Positions 1 to 9,094 of a stretch of DNA of 64,000 nucleotides are shown here, piece after piece. The stretch covers positions 160,001 to 224,000 of the forward strand of contig JBGANV010000002.1 of the NCBI GenBank assembly GCA_044222185.1, in the 5' to 3' direction. Below the pieces are notes generated by a model. That model had not been told where the DNA came from and ran no database searches. It saw nothing but the letters and a program-made list of their open reading frames with translations. This stretch comes from Planctomycetota bacterium (lineage in GTDB: Bacteria; Planctomycetota; GCA-002687715; CAIWVZ01). The translations under genes were made by a program, and so were the position numbers. Each line of letters begins with the position of its first letter. The first letter of the stretch is position 1.

Positions 1-1089
1 GAACGATCGCGCCAGTTCGCCGATCTCGTCGGAGGTCTGAACGTCGACGTGGGCGCTGAAATCTCCCTTCGCGATCCGGCGAGCGGCGTCTTGCATCCGC
101 ATGAGCGGTCGCGCGACGAAACGCATGGGAAACCAGGCGAGGAGCGCGGCGGCCGCCGCGAGCGCGAGGCCTGCAGCCAGGACTCGACTCTTCAACCCAG
201 CGACGGCGCTCAGGTCTTCGCTGATGTTCCGCTCGATCTCAACGGACCAGCCGCGCATGGAGATCGGGAACGTCGAGGATGCGATCTCATCGGGGGGCCG
301 CGCCCGAGGCGGGGGTCGTAGCTCGTAGCGAACGCCAAACCCCGATCGCACGAGGGGCGAATCGGGTGCGGGTCCATCACGCGACGTCAGTTCGGGGGCG
401 ATCGACAGCTCGCCGCGGCGGTCGTCCACGAGGCGTACTTTCAGACTGTCGATCTGCATCTCGCGGACGCCGGAGCCCGCGAACGCAGCGGCGATCCACG
501 CGCCAGGACGCACGCGTGCGACGAGGCGCCCGAGGGCCCGCGCTCCCGCGACGGATCGAAGCGGGGTCGAGATCACGAGTCCAGGCTCATCACTCCCCGG
601 TTGTGTGAACACCGCGCAACCCGGATCCGCGCCCTCGACGCCGGCCTGCCCCATCACGGCTCCGACGGCCGCCACCGTCTGCGGCGCCGTCGACATCACC
701 GGAATACCGTCGGGCCCGAACACGTCGAGCGCAGTGAATGCCTCGACCAGGGGGAGCTTGTTCGACTCCAGGTGGCGGCGCAGCTCGGCCTCCGTCGCCG
801 TCCGCCCCGCATCGCCGGCGCCGTCCAGGAGACTCTCCACGTGACCGCGGATGTAGCCGTCGGACGCGAAATCACGGACGCGGCTCGCGAGCAGGCGCAA
901 CTCGGCATCGAGCGCGGACGCGCACGCACGCGACTGCAATGCGAGACGCCCACGAATCTCCGTCTCGAGATCACTCTTCTCGGACCCGAACACCAGGTAT
1001 CCGCCGACGGCGAACGCCACGAGACACACGCCGACGAGCGCGGCGGAGAGCTTGTAGCGAACGGGGATCCTGTGGAGCGGGTCTCGCAT
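1..1089 (-). CDS. Membrane sensor with HAMP domain (probable histidine kinase), 3' end runs off window
   Basis: Hand translation, absent from ORF track. Open from ATG 1089 (MRDPLHRIPVRYKLSAALVGVCLVAFAVGG, TM1) to the window edge; second TM then HAMP RPLMRMQDAARRIAKGDFSAHVDVQTSDEIGELARSF. Confidence 0.8.
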   Translation of the reverse strand, partial: MRDPLHRIPVRYKLSAALVGVCLVAFAVGGYLVFGSEKSDLETEIRGRLALQSRACASALDAELRLLASRVRDFASDGYIRGHVESLLDGAGDAGRTATEAELRRHLESNKLPLVEAFTALDVFGPDGIPVMSTAPQTVAAVGAVMGQAGVEGADPGCAVFTQPGSDEPGLVISTPLRSVAGARALGRLVARVRPGAWIAAAFAGSGVREMQIDSLKVRLVDDRRGELSIAPELTSRDGPAPDSPLVRSGFGVRYELRPPPRARPPDEIASSTFPISMRGWSVEIERNISEDLSAVAGLKSRVLAAGLALAAAAALLAWFPMRFVARPLMRMQDAARRIAKGDFSAHVDVQTSDEIGELARSF

Positions 1090-1312
1090 GGGGCATCGAA
1101 CGGAGGCTCGCGCACCGAAACTACGCGGCTCCCGACGGACGGTCGGGGCGCACTCGCAGTGATCTGAAGCGGATCATACGCGCCGCACACCGCGCGCGAG
1201 GCCACGCGACCGTATCGACCGGCCTCATGGCGTCGCCCCGCGGCTCCTGCCATCTTGCACCTGGGAAAAACGCGCTCCGTTGATCCCGAGTTTCAACTTA
1301 GGATGAGCCCGC

Positions 1313-3346
1313 TTGGCGCCACCGAACGATCGCAGTGAGACGAAACAACCTGGACGCAAGAGCCGCAAGCGCGTCCTGATCCCCGTCATCCTCGGCATTC
1401 TGCTCGGCACGATCTGCGTCGTGGCGATGCGGAAGGTCTACAACCCGTTCGAGAGCGGACTCGGCGACACGTCCCTCGTCGCACTCGTCCCTGAGGATGC
1501 GGACCTCGTCCTCTCCGTTCCCCACGTCCCGAGGTTCCTCGGCGAGCTTCGGGACCGGGAGTTCGTGAAGCGACTCGAGCAAGCCGATGGCTTCCAGAAC
1601 TTCCTGAAGTCGCCGTATGCCAATCGAACGGGCGCAGTCCGAGCCGTGTCGTCCGCCTTCGCCCAGCTCGACCGGCTGCGGGCGAGCCGACCTCTCGACC
1701 TCGAGCTCTGGGGAGAACTCTCCGGGGAGGAACTCGCGGTCGTCGGCTATGCGCCCCAGAAAACCGAGGACCAGTGGCGCGTCCTCGTGATGTTCCGGCC
1801 CGGGTCCTGGAAGGTCCTCGCCGCCGTGAACTGCCTCATCGACTCGGACATCGGTGGCTTGAAGACCGTGACGTCGGAACTGGAGCGTCAGGGCATCACC
1901 GTGCAGGAGCGGCTGCGGGATTCGATCACCCTGAAGATCGACCGATTCGGGCTCGTCTCGATCGCGCGCGTGCGCGATGCAGTCCTCTTCGGCACGGACG
2001 TTCGCCGGCTCCAGCGCCTGAAGGCCGACATCGACCGCGACGGTCTGCCGCATCGGCCCAAGGATCGCTATGCGCCGCTGGCGGCCAAGACCGCAGCGTC
2101 GCAGAAGGAGATCCGCGCGATAGTGAATCGGTCGATCGCGGATGCGCAGCTCGACCTCTCGCGCAACCTCGACGAGCAGTGGGGCCCGGACAACGTGGCG
2201 CTCACCCAGGCGATCCTGCCGCGGATCGCGGGCACCGACCTGTTCGTTCGGCTCGTCGTCGACGACTTCACGCAACTCTCGATCAAGACGATGGAGGGCA
2301 TCGCCAAGCCCGCCGACCTCTCACCCGCCTACCAGCCATTCCCGAAGGACGTTGCCGTCGAAGCGCTGCGCCGCTCGGCGCCACTCCTCCCCGCGTCGAC
2401 GTTCGCCTTCGGCCACTTCGAGGTCGACACGCGCCGCTTCCTCGCGGCGTTGTTCCAACGCCCCGAGGTGTTCTCCCGCGCCGATCTCTCGGCGCTCAAC
2501 GACGCGCTGTCGTCGCTGCGGGAGATCAAGACGGTCGACGGATTGGTGGAAGCGATCGACGACACCTGCCACGGAAGCCTTTCGCTCGCGTTCTTCAAAC
2601 AGGACCGTGAGCCGCTCGACAACTCGGAGCCTGGCGTCGCAACGGTGTTCGAGCTGAAGGACGAGGCGCGACTCCGCACGCTCATCGCAGCCATCCAGGA
2701 GCAGGTCCGCGTCGGAGCCGACCCGGCGAAGAAGGGCGGGCTGAAGGGGATCGTCCCGTCCAAGAGCGGAGAGATCGACCTGTTCGAGCTCGTGCTTCCC
2801 GACGGCATCGTCGACGACTACCGCGTGACCAAGCCGGGGTTCGCGATCTCGAAAGGCATGATCGTCTGCACGAACTATTTCCCCACGCTCCGCGAGGCCG
2901 CGAAGGCGGGGAATCTCTTCCTCGCCGACAGCCCGACGCGCGAGATCCTCGAGCGAGCGCTCGCGACGTCGCCGGACGATCTGAGGATGGCGTGGGCCGT
3001 CGCGGGCACGTCGATGTACTCGTACTTCGATCAGTCCGTGGAAGGGTGGGCGACGAAACGCACGACGCCGTCCGCCGTCGTCGAGCGCGCCTGGCGCACG
3101 AAGGCGGAATCGGACGCGCGCGCCCGGGGCCTGCGCCCGGACACACCCGAGTTCACGAAGTCCGTCGAGCATGCCTACGAACGTGAGGCGGAGGCCATGA
3201 CCGGGCCGCAGCGCCGCGCCGAGCGCGCCAAGCTCCAGCAGTACCTCGACTACTTCCGCGACCTCGTCGAGACCGCCGACGTCACCGTGGCGAATTCGGA
3301 CGGACTCGATCTGACGCTACGCGTGGACTTGAAGGCCTCGAAGTAG
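1313..3346 (+). CDS. Hypothetical membrane-anchored protein
   Basis: 677-aa ORF with an N-terminal TM helix (VLIPVILGILLGTICVVAM) and protein-like composition; start uncertain. Confidence 0.7.
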   Translation: MAPPNDRSETKQPGRKSRKRVLIPVILGILLGTICVVAMRKVYNPFESGLGDTSLVALVPEDADLVLSVPHVPRFLGELRDREFVKRLEQADGFQNFLKSPYANRTGAVRAVSSAFAQLDRLRASRPLDLELWGELSGEELAVVGYAPQKTEDQWRVLVMFRPGSWKVLAAVNCLIDSDIGGLKTVTSELERQGITVQERLRDSITLKIDRFGLVSIARVRDAVLFGTDVRRLQRLKADIDRDGLPHRPKDRYAPLAAKTAASQKEIRAIVNRSIADAQLDLSRNLDEQWGPDNVALTQAILPRIAGTDLFVRLVVDDFTQLSIKTMEGIAKPADLSPAYQPFPKDVAVEALRRSAPLLPASTFAFGHFEVDTRRFLAALFQRPEVFSRADLSALNDALSSLREIKTVDGLVEAIDDTCHGSLSLAFFKQDREPLDNSEPGVATVFELKDEARLRTLIAAIQEQVRVGADPAKKGGLKGIVPSKSGEIDLFELVLPDGIVDDYRVTKPGFAISKGMIVCTNYFPTLREAAKAGNLFLADSPTREILERALATSPDDLRMAWAVAGTSMYSYFDQSVEGWATKRTTPSAVVERAWRTKAESDARARGLRPDTPEFTKSVEHAYEREAEAMTGPQRRAERAKLQQYLDYFRDLVETADVTVANSDGLDLTLRVDLKASK

Positions 3347-3396
3347 GACGTCGTCGCCGCGCAGAAGGGCGGTCGCGGCGATCGACGCCCGACCGT

Positions 3397-4221
3397 TCAG
3401 GCAGCCCCGGGCGACTCATCCAGGATGCGGCGAAACAGCGCGTTCAGCGCCTCGTGCCCGGAGATCTGGTGCGATGGCGTCGGAGCAACGGATTCCAGGC
3501 GTGCGAGCTCGCGCACGATGAACTCGTCGAGCGCCGGCACCGGCGGTGCGGACTCCATCTCGAGCGCCCGTTTCTTCGCGTCGAGCAGCGCGTCGATCGC
3601 GGCACGAAGCTCCGGCTGGTCCGCCACGAGATCGAGGAGGCGGTCGAACTGGATTGGTGCGACCGTCCCGAAGCGCTCGAGCCACCGCACGCACAGCAGC
3701 GGCCGAAGCACGTACAGGTACTTCTTCAGTCGCACGGACTCGGTCCGGAGGTATCCGCGATGGTTCGTCCGTGCCATGCTCCGGAAATGGTGGATCCCTT
3801 TCTCGGGGACGTAGACCGACGGCGCCAGTCGGCGAGCTTCGTCGTGGAAGCAGCCTGCCGTGGAATAGGCGATCGGCGAGTGGATCCACTCGATGAATGC
3901 CGGGTTCGACTGGCCGAAGAGCCGCAGCGCCTTGCGGACGTCCCAGCCGTTCAGGTCGATCTCGTCGGTGATCGGGCGCTCGATCACGTCACGTCGCTCT
4001 TCGAGGTCGACCGACAGGTACCACTCGCGCGGGCGGACGTAGACGAACCTCACGTCGTAGTCACTGTCCGGAGATGGAAAACCCCAGGCGCGGCTGCCCG
4101 ACTCGACGGCGAGGAGGATCCGCACGCCTTCCTCCTGCGCGACCGCGCGCAGGCGTGCGCCGATCTCCGCGCGGACCGACGGTGGAATGGGATCGTCGTG
4201 AGCGAGAGCGTCGCCGTTCAC
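3397..4221 (-). CDS. Pol-beta superfamily nucleotidyltransferase (YcgL/RlaP-like)
   Basis: AVESGSRAWGFPSPDSDYDVRFVY and KKYLYVLRPLL motifs; GTGA overlap with the upstream glycosyltransferase stop. Confidence 0.85.
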   Translation of the reverse strand: MNGDALAHDDPIPPSVRAEIGARLRAVAQEEGVRILLAVESGSRAWGFPSPDSDYDVRFVYVRPREWYLSVDLEERRDVIERPITDEIDLNGWDVRKALRLFGQSNPAFIEWIHSPIAYSTAGCFHDEARRLAPSVYVPEKGIHHFRSMARTNHRGYLRTESVRLKKYLYVLRPLLCVRWLERFGTVAPIQFDRLLDLVADQPELRAAIDALLDAKKRALEMESAPPVPALDEFIVRELARLESVAPTPSHQISGHEALNALFRRILDESPGAA

Positions 4222-5366
4222 GCTGGAACCATCCTCTCGTAGACCTCCAGGGTCTTCGCCAGCATGGAATCGAGGGAGAACTCGGCCGCGACGCGGGCTC
4301 GCGCGGCGCGACCGAGATCGGCGCGGCGCACGGGATCGACGAGCAGCGATTCCACGTCGCTCACGAGCGGCGCGACGGAATCGGGATCGAACAAGAGGCC
4401 GGTCACGCCGTGCTCCACCGCCTCGTCGATGCCCTGGATGCGTGGCGCTACCACTGGCACGCCGACGCTCATGGCTTCGAGGACCGTGAGGGGCAGACCT
4501 TCGTAGCGGGACGTCATGACGAGCACGTCGAGCCCGCAGAACAGCTCGCGGGCGTCCGGGCGGTGACCGAGGAAGCGGATGCGATCACCGAGACCCAGTG
4601 CCTTCGCCCGCACTTCGAGGGCGCGTCGATCCTCGCCGTCCCCGAGGACGACGAACCGCGCCGTCGGAAGGCGGGTCGCCACCTCCGCCATGGCCTCCAC
4701 GAACAGCTGCGGCTGCTTCTGCGCCGACAGCCGCGCAGCGAATCCGATCAGCCCGTTCGATCCGACGGGGAGATCGGGCCAGAGTTCTGCCCGTGCCGCG
4801 GCGCGTGCGGAGACCCCGGGGTCCGGCGGCAGGGCGATCCCGTTGTGGACGACGGTGACACGATCCGGCGGCAACTTCCGCGAGAGCAGCGCATCGCGTG
4901 ATGCTCGCGACACGACGATGTGCTGCCGGACGACCGCCATGGCGACCTGATGGCGAAGTGGCGTCGGCAAGTCGTCGAAGGGGCTGTGGGGCAAATGCTC
5001 CGTCGTGACGAGATTGCGGTACCCAGCGAGCTTGGCTGCGACGATCGCGCCGTTGCACGCTCTCGGATCGACGAGGTTGAAGTGAATGATCTGCGGCCGG
5101 CGCCACGCGACGTGGCGTAGGACCTTCAGGAAAGGTCCGACGGCGCTGAGGGTCGGCACCCGAGGGAGCCGCGTCACCGCGATGTCCTTTGCAGATAGCC
5201 TCGCCGCGAGCGCGTCCATCTCCGGCTCGGTCGCCAACACGACCTCGGGCGTGACGGCCTTGCGGGCGAAGCCCGTGGCCAACAGCTCCAGGTAGCGCTC
5301 CCCGCCGCCGTAGACGGGGGCATCGCTGAAATAGGTCACGCGAATCGGCGCGAGGCGGACGCTCAT
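4218..5366 (-). CDS. Glycosyltransferase family 4
   Basis: GGGERY N-terminus; SRYEGLPLTVLEAM (EX7E); ATGA overlap at 5363-5366. Confidence 0.88.
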   Translation of the reverse strand: MSVRLAPIRVTYFSDAPVYGGGERYLELLATGFARKAVTPEVVLATEPEMDALAARLSAKDIAVTRLPRVPTLSAVGPFLKVLRHVAWRRPQIIHFNLVDPRACNGAIVAAKLAGYRNLVTTEHLPHSPFDDLPTPLRHQVAMAVVRQHIVVSRASRDALLSRKLPPDRVTVVHNGIALPPDPGVSARAAARAELWPDLPVGSNGLIGFAARLSAQKQPQLFVEAMAEVATRLPTARFVVLGDGEDRRALEVRAKALGLGDRIRFLGHRPDARELFCGLDVLVMTSRYEGLPLTVLEAMSVGVPVVAPRIQGIDEAVEHGVTGLLFDPDSVAPLVSDVESLLVDPVRRADLGRAARARVAAEFSLDSMLAKTLEVYERMVPA

Positions 5367-6592
5367 GAGCCGCCCTCGCTCGTGGACGCGCATGCCTGCT
5401 CGACCGCTGCCGCGAACGCGGCGCCCAGCGCGCGCCATCCGTGGGAGGACTCGACGAACGCACGGGCGCGCTCCACGAGCGTCGAACCGAGCGCGTGGTC
5501 GCTGCGCAGCCGCAGAATCGCACGGGCCATGCCTTCCGCGTCATCGGCGATGAGGAGTTCTCGTTCGTGCTCCACGCCCAGGCCTGACGCGCCGACCGCC
5601 GTCGCGATGACCGGCCGACCGAGCGCGAACGCCTCGAGGATCTTGAGACGGGTCCCGCCGCCCAACCGCAACGGGACGATCACCGCGGACGCATCGCGAT
5701 ACAGGGGAACCAGGTCGGGAACCCGTCCCGTGACCGTCACGCCGGGGGTCTGACCAAGCTCGCGAATCGAAGGCCCCGCATCGCGCCCGGCGAGCACGAC
5801 CGGAACGTCCCCGATCCGCGCGCGAATCGCGGGCAATTGCTCGCGCACGAAGTGGATCGCGGCATCGACGTTCGGTGGGTAGTCGAACGATCCGACGAAG
5901 AGGAGAGGCCCAGTGGCCGGCGGGGGCGGGAGGACGCGGAAGGCCTCCGTGTCGACTCCGTTCGCGATGGTCACGACGCGCGCACCGGGCGCGAGGACGC
6001 GCAGCCTCGCAGCGTCGTCATCCGACACCGCGACGGCCAGCCGGCTGGCGGCCACGAACCGACCTTCCTCCCGCGCGAGGATCTCCCCATCGCGCCGCGT
6101 GAGCCTGCCGGTGAGTCCGCCGGCGCTTCGCGCGCAGTCGCGAATGAGGTCGGACTCCACGTTGTGAGTGGCGGCGACGTACGGGACGCCCTGGAAAAGG
6201 TCCCGATAGACGCTCATCCACAGTGACTCCACGATGACCACGTCGAATGATGCACGAGACATCTCGTCCGAGACGAGATCGGAGAACGACTGATGAAGCC
6301 ACCGCGGAAGGAGTGATCCCCGCCCCGCGAGGATTCGCGCCCATTTGGCCAGTCGCGCCGCCGGAGGCAAAGATGACGACTCGCGCGGGATCAGAGCACC
6401 GCGCGTCGCGATGCCGCGCCGACTCAATTCGGTCGCGTCATGCCTTTCATCCGGCGTGCGCGCGATTCCGAGGAGAGTGACGTCGTGTCGCGCTGCGAGC
6501 GCGCTCACGAGGTGGAACGTCCTGATGCGCCCGCCATGGTCCAGGGGCCAGGGGAGATAGGGCGTGATCGCCAGAACCTTCAAGCGCAGCAA
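5363..6592 (-). CDS. Glycosyltransferase family 4
   Basis: PYLPWPLDHGGRIR; FVGSFDYPPNVDA; PLRLGGGTRLKILEAFALGRPV. Confidence 0.88.
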   Translation of the reverse strand: MLRLKVLAITPYLPWPLDHGGRIRTFHLVSALAARHDVTLLGIARTPDERHDATELSRRGIATRGALIPRESSSLPPAARLAKWARILAGRGSLLPRWLHQSFSDLVSDEMSRASFDVVIVESLWMSVYRDLFQGVPYVAATHNVESDLIRDCARSAGGLTGRLTRRDGEILAREEGRFVAASRLAVAVSDDDAARLRVLAPGARVVTIANGVDTEAFRVLPPPPATGPLLFVGSFDYPPNVDAAIHFVREQLPAIRARIGDVPVVLAGRDAGPSIRELGQTPGVTVTGRVPDLVPLYRDASAVIVPLRLGGGTRLKILEAFALGRPVIATAVGASGLGVEHERELLIADDAEGMARAILRLRSDHALGSTLVERARAFVESSHGWRALGAAFAAAVEQACASTSEGGS

Positions 6593-6749
6593 CCCATGAC
6601 CACACGACGACTAAGCGCGTCTCGAGGCTCCGTCCGGTGAAACCCGATCGTTCCGCACACGATTGCCGTTCATCGCAAGCTCCGCGGAATTCCGATCGGC
6701 GTCAGGTGCGGTCGATCGTAGCACGGTACGCTTCTGGACCCCGTCGGCG

Positions 6750-7961
6750 ATGAAGGTCCTGTTTCTCTATCCCTACCTGCTGTACCCGGGCGTCGCTCAC
6801 GGCGGCGGTCGCCTCCTGGTCCCCCTTCTGGAACGCCTGCGCAAGCACGCCGAGATCACGCTCGTCTGCGGTTACCGGCCCCAGGAGCAGCAGTTCCTCG
6901 AGAGCGCACGGGAACTCGTGGCGCACCTCCACGCCGTGCCGCGACCGTTCAAGGTCGACAAGACGGTTCCCCTCCGCGCGGCCGAGCTCGCTCGTACGGT
7001 CACGAAGGAGCTCCTCACCGACGCGCCTCGCTTCGTCACCAAGCTCGACCGCCAGGTGTTCCATCGCGCCGTCGCCGAGGTTCGCGCCCACCGGCGCTTC
7101 GACCTGGTCCAAGTCGAGCTGGCCGGCTTCGCTCAATACATCGAAGCGCTCCGCGACCTGCCGTCGATCCTCGTAGACCACGAAGCCGGATCGGCATCGA
7201 GCCAGACGCCGGACACCGATCGACGGGTGCTTTCGTACGTGAAGCGCATCTATCCGCTGTTCACTCAGCTCTGCGCCCTTTCACCGGAGGACGCCGCATC
7301 GCTGGAGGCGATTCTCCCGGGCCGCGAGGTCCTCGTGCGCGCACCCGGCGTGACCCTGCCGGGAATCCCCGCCACCCCTTCCCCCGGAGATCCCGGCCGC
7401 ATCCTCTTCTTCGGCAGCGTCGATCACCTGCCGAACCGCGAAGCCCTCGAATGGTTCGCCGAAAACGTGTGGCCCCGGATTCACCAGGACGTGCCCGGCG
7501 CGCGGCTGATCGTCGCGGGTGGCCGCCTTCCCCTGATGCTCGGTGCCAAGCTCAAGCGCGCCGGGGTCGAGGTGCTCGGATTCGTCGAGAACCTCGGGGC
7601 CGAGCTCGAACGTGCGGCGGTCGTCGTGGCGCCCATTCGCTCGGGGCGCGGCGTCCGCATCAAGAACATCGAAACTCTCGCCGCGGCACGACCGCTCGTC
7701 AGCACTCGTCTCGGCGCGCAGGGACTTCGCCTCGTCGATGGCGAGACGGCGCTCCTCGCGGACGAAGCGGACACGTTCGCCGCCGCCGTGACGAGACTGC
7801 TCCGCAATCCCGCGGACGCGGTCGCCCTGGGCGTGCGCGGCCGTCGTCACGTGGAACACAACTACAGCCACGACCGCGCCGCCGAGTTCAATCTCGAGCT
7901 CTGGACGAAGATGGTTCGCTCGCCGACGGAATCGATCCGCGTCGGCATGGAAACGCACTGA
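6750..7961 (+). CDS. Glycosyltransferase family 4
   Basis: MKVLFLYPY..HGGG; FFGSVDHLPNRE; PIRSGRGVRIKNIETLAA. Confidence 0.85.
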   Translation: MKVLFLYPYLLYPGVAHGGGRLLVPLLERLRKHAEITLVCGYRPQEQQFLESARELVAHLHAVPRPFKVDKTVPLRAAELARTVTKELLTDAPRFVTKLDRQVFHRAVAEVRAHRRFDLVQVELAGFAQYIEALRDLPSILVDHEAGSASSQTPDTDRRVLSYVKRIYPLFTQLCALSPEDAASLEAILPGREVLVRAPGVTLPGIPATPSPGDPGRILFFGSVDHLPNREALEWFAENVWPRIHQDVPGARLIVAGGRLPLMLGAKLKRAGVEVLGFVENLGAELERAAVVVAPIRSGRGVRIKNIETLAAARPLVSTRLGAQGLRLVDGETALLADEADTFAAAVTRLLRNPADAVALGVRGRRHVEHNYSHDRAAEFNLELWTKMVRSPTESIRVGMETH

Positions 7962-8027
7962 ATCGAGGGCGGCCCGTGGCGGCCCCCGCTTGGCGCCGTT
8001 GCATGGCGTGGCTACAAGCGCGGTCCT

Positions 8028-9062
8028 TTGCCACTCCACCTCTTCCCCATCGACTCGTACCTGTGGTTCTACGCCGCGTTCGTGGCGTTCATCATCACGT
8101 TGCTGGTGTTGGACCTGAAGGTGTTCCACCGGAAGTCCCACGCGGTCTCGTCGAAGGAGGCCGGGCTGTGGAGCCTCTTCTGGTGCTCGCTCGCGCTGGG
8201 CTTCGGGGTCGTCGTCTACCTGGTGGCGCCCAAGCTCCTCGCTGCGGATCCGCGACTCGCGGGGTGGACGGGTGAGCAGATCGCGAAAGCCACGCGCGAC
8301 CTCACGATTCAGTACCTGAATGGGTACCTGATCGAGATCTGCCTCTCCGTCGACAACCTCTTCGTGTTCGTCGTCGTCTTCCAGTACTTCAGGATCCCCG
8401 GCCCGCTGCAACACCGGATCCTCTTCTTCGGCATCCTCGGCGCCATCGTGTTCCGCGCGATCTTCATCGCGGCGGCGTCGTTCCTCACGCAGTTCCACTG
8501 GGTGCTGATCGTCATGGGCGCGTTCCTGGTCTGGACCGGCCTGAAGATGTTCAAGGGAAGTGACGAGGAGATCGAGCCCGAGAACAACCTGGGCCTGAAG
8601 ATCCTGCGTCGCTTCTATCCGGTGACCTCGCGTCTCGACGGCGACTCGTTCTTCACTCTCGAGAACGGTCGCAAGGCGGCGACGCCCCTGCTCGTCACGC
8701 TCATCGTCGTCGAGATGACGGACATCGTCTTCGCCGTCGACTCGGTGCCAGCGGTATTCGGCGTCACGCAGGAACCGCTCGTCGTCTTCACGTCGAACAT
8801 GTTCGCGATCCTGGGCCTGCGGACGCTGTACTTCCTGCTGGCCAACGCCGTGCAGAAGTTCCACCTCCTCAAGTACGGCCTCGGCGTCATCCTCATGTTC
8901 GTCGGCCTGAAGATGTGCGCCTTCGACCCGCTGGGCTGGAAGCTGCCGCCGCTGGTGTCGTTGGCCGTCATCCTGGGCCTCCTGACGATCTCCATCGTGA
9001 TGTCGCTGACGATTCCACCGAAGTCGGACGAGGCCACGCAACAGCCTGGTCCCCACGCCTGA
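8028..9062 (+). CDS. TerC/Alx family membrane protein
   Basis: GYLIEICLSVDNLFVF; EMTDIVFAVDSVPAVFGVT; TSNMFAILGLRTLYF. Confidence 0.92.
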   Translation: MPLHLFPIDSYLWFYAAFVAFIITLLVLDLKVFHRKSHAVSSKEAGLWSLFWCSLALGFGVVVYLVAPKLLAADPRLAGWTGEQIAKATRDLTIQYLNGYLIEICLSVDNLFVFVVVFQYFRIPGPLQHRILFFGILGAIVFRAIFIAAASFLTQFHWVLIVMGAFLVWTGLKMFKGSDEEIEPENNLGLKILRRFYPVTSRLDGDSFFTLENGRKAATPLLVTLIVVEMTDIVFAVDSVPAVFGVTQEPLVVFTSNMFAILGLRTLYFLLANAVQKFHLLKYGLGVILMFVGLKMCAFDPLGWKLPPLVSLAVILGLLTISIVMSLTIPPKSDEATQQPGPHA

Positions 9063-9094
9063 CCGCACGGTTCGCTGCCGAACGAGGAGCTCCC

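Noticed and set aside
7962-8027. yybP-ykoY riboswitch upstream of TerC
   Set aside because: Intergenic gap is only about 66 nt and no consensus is visible
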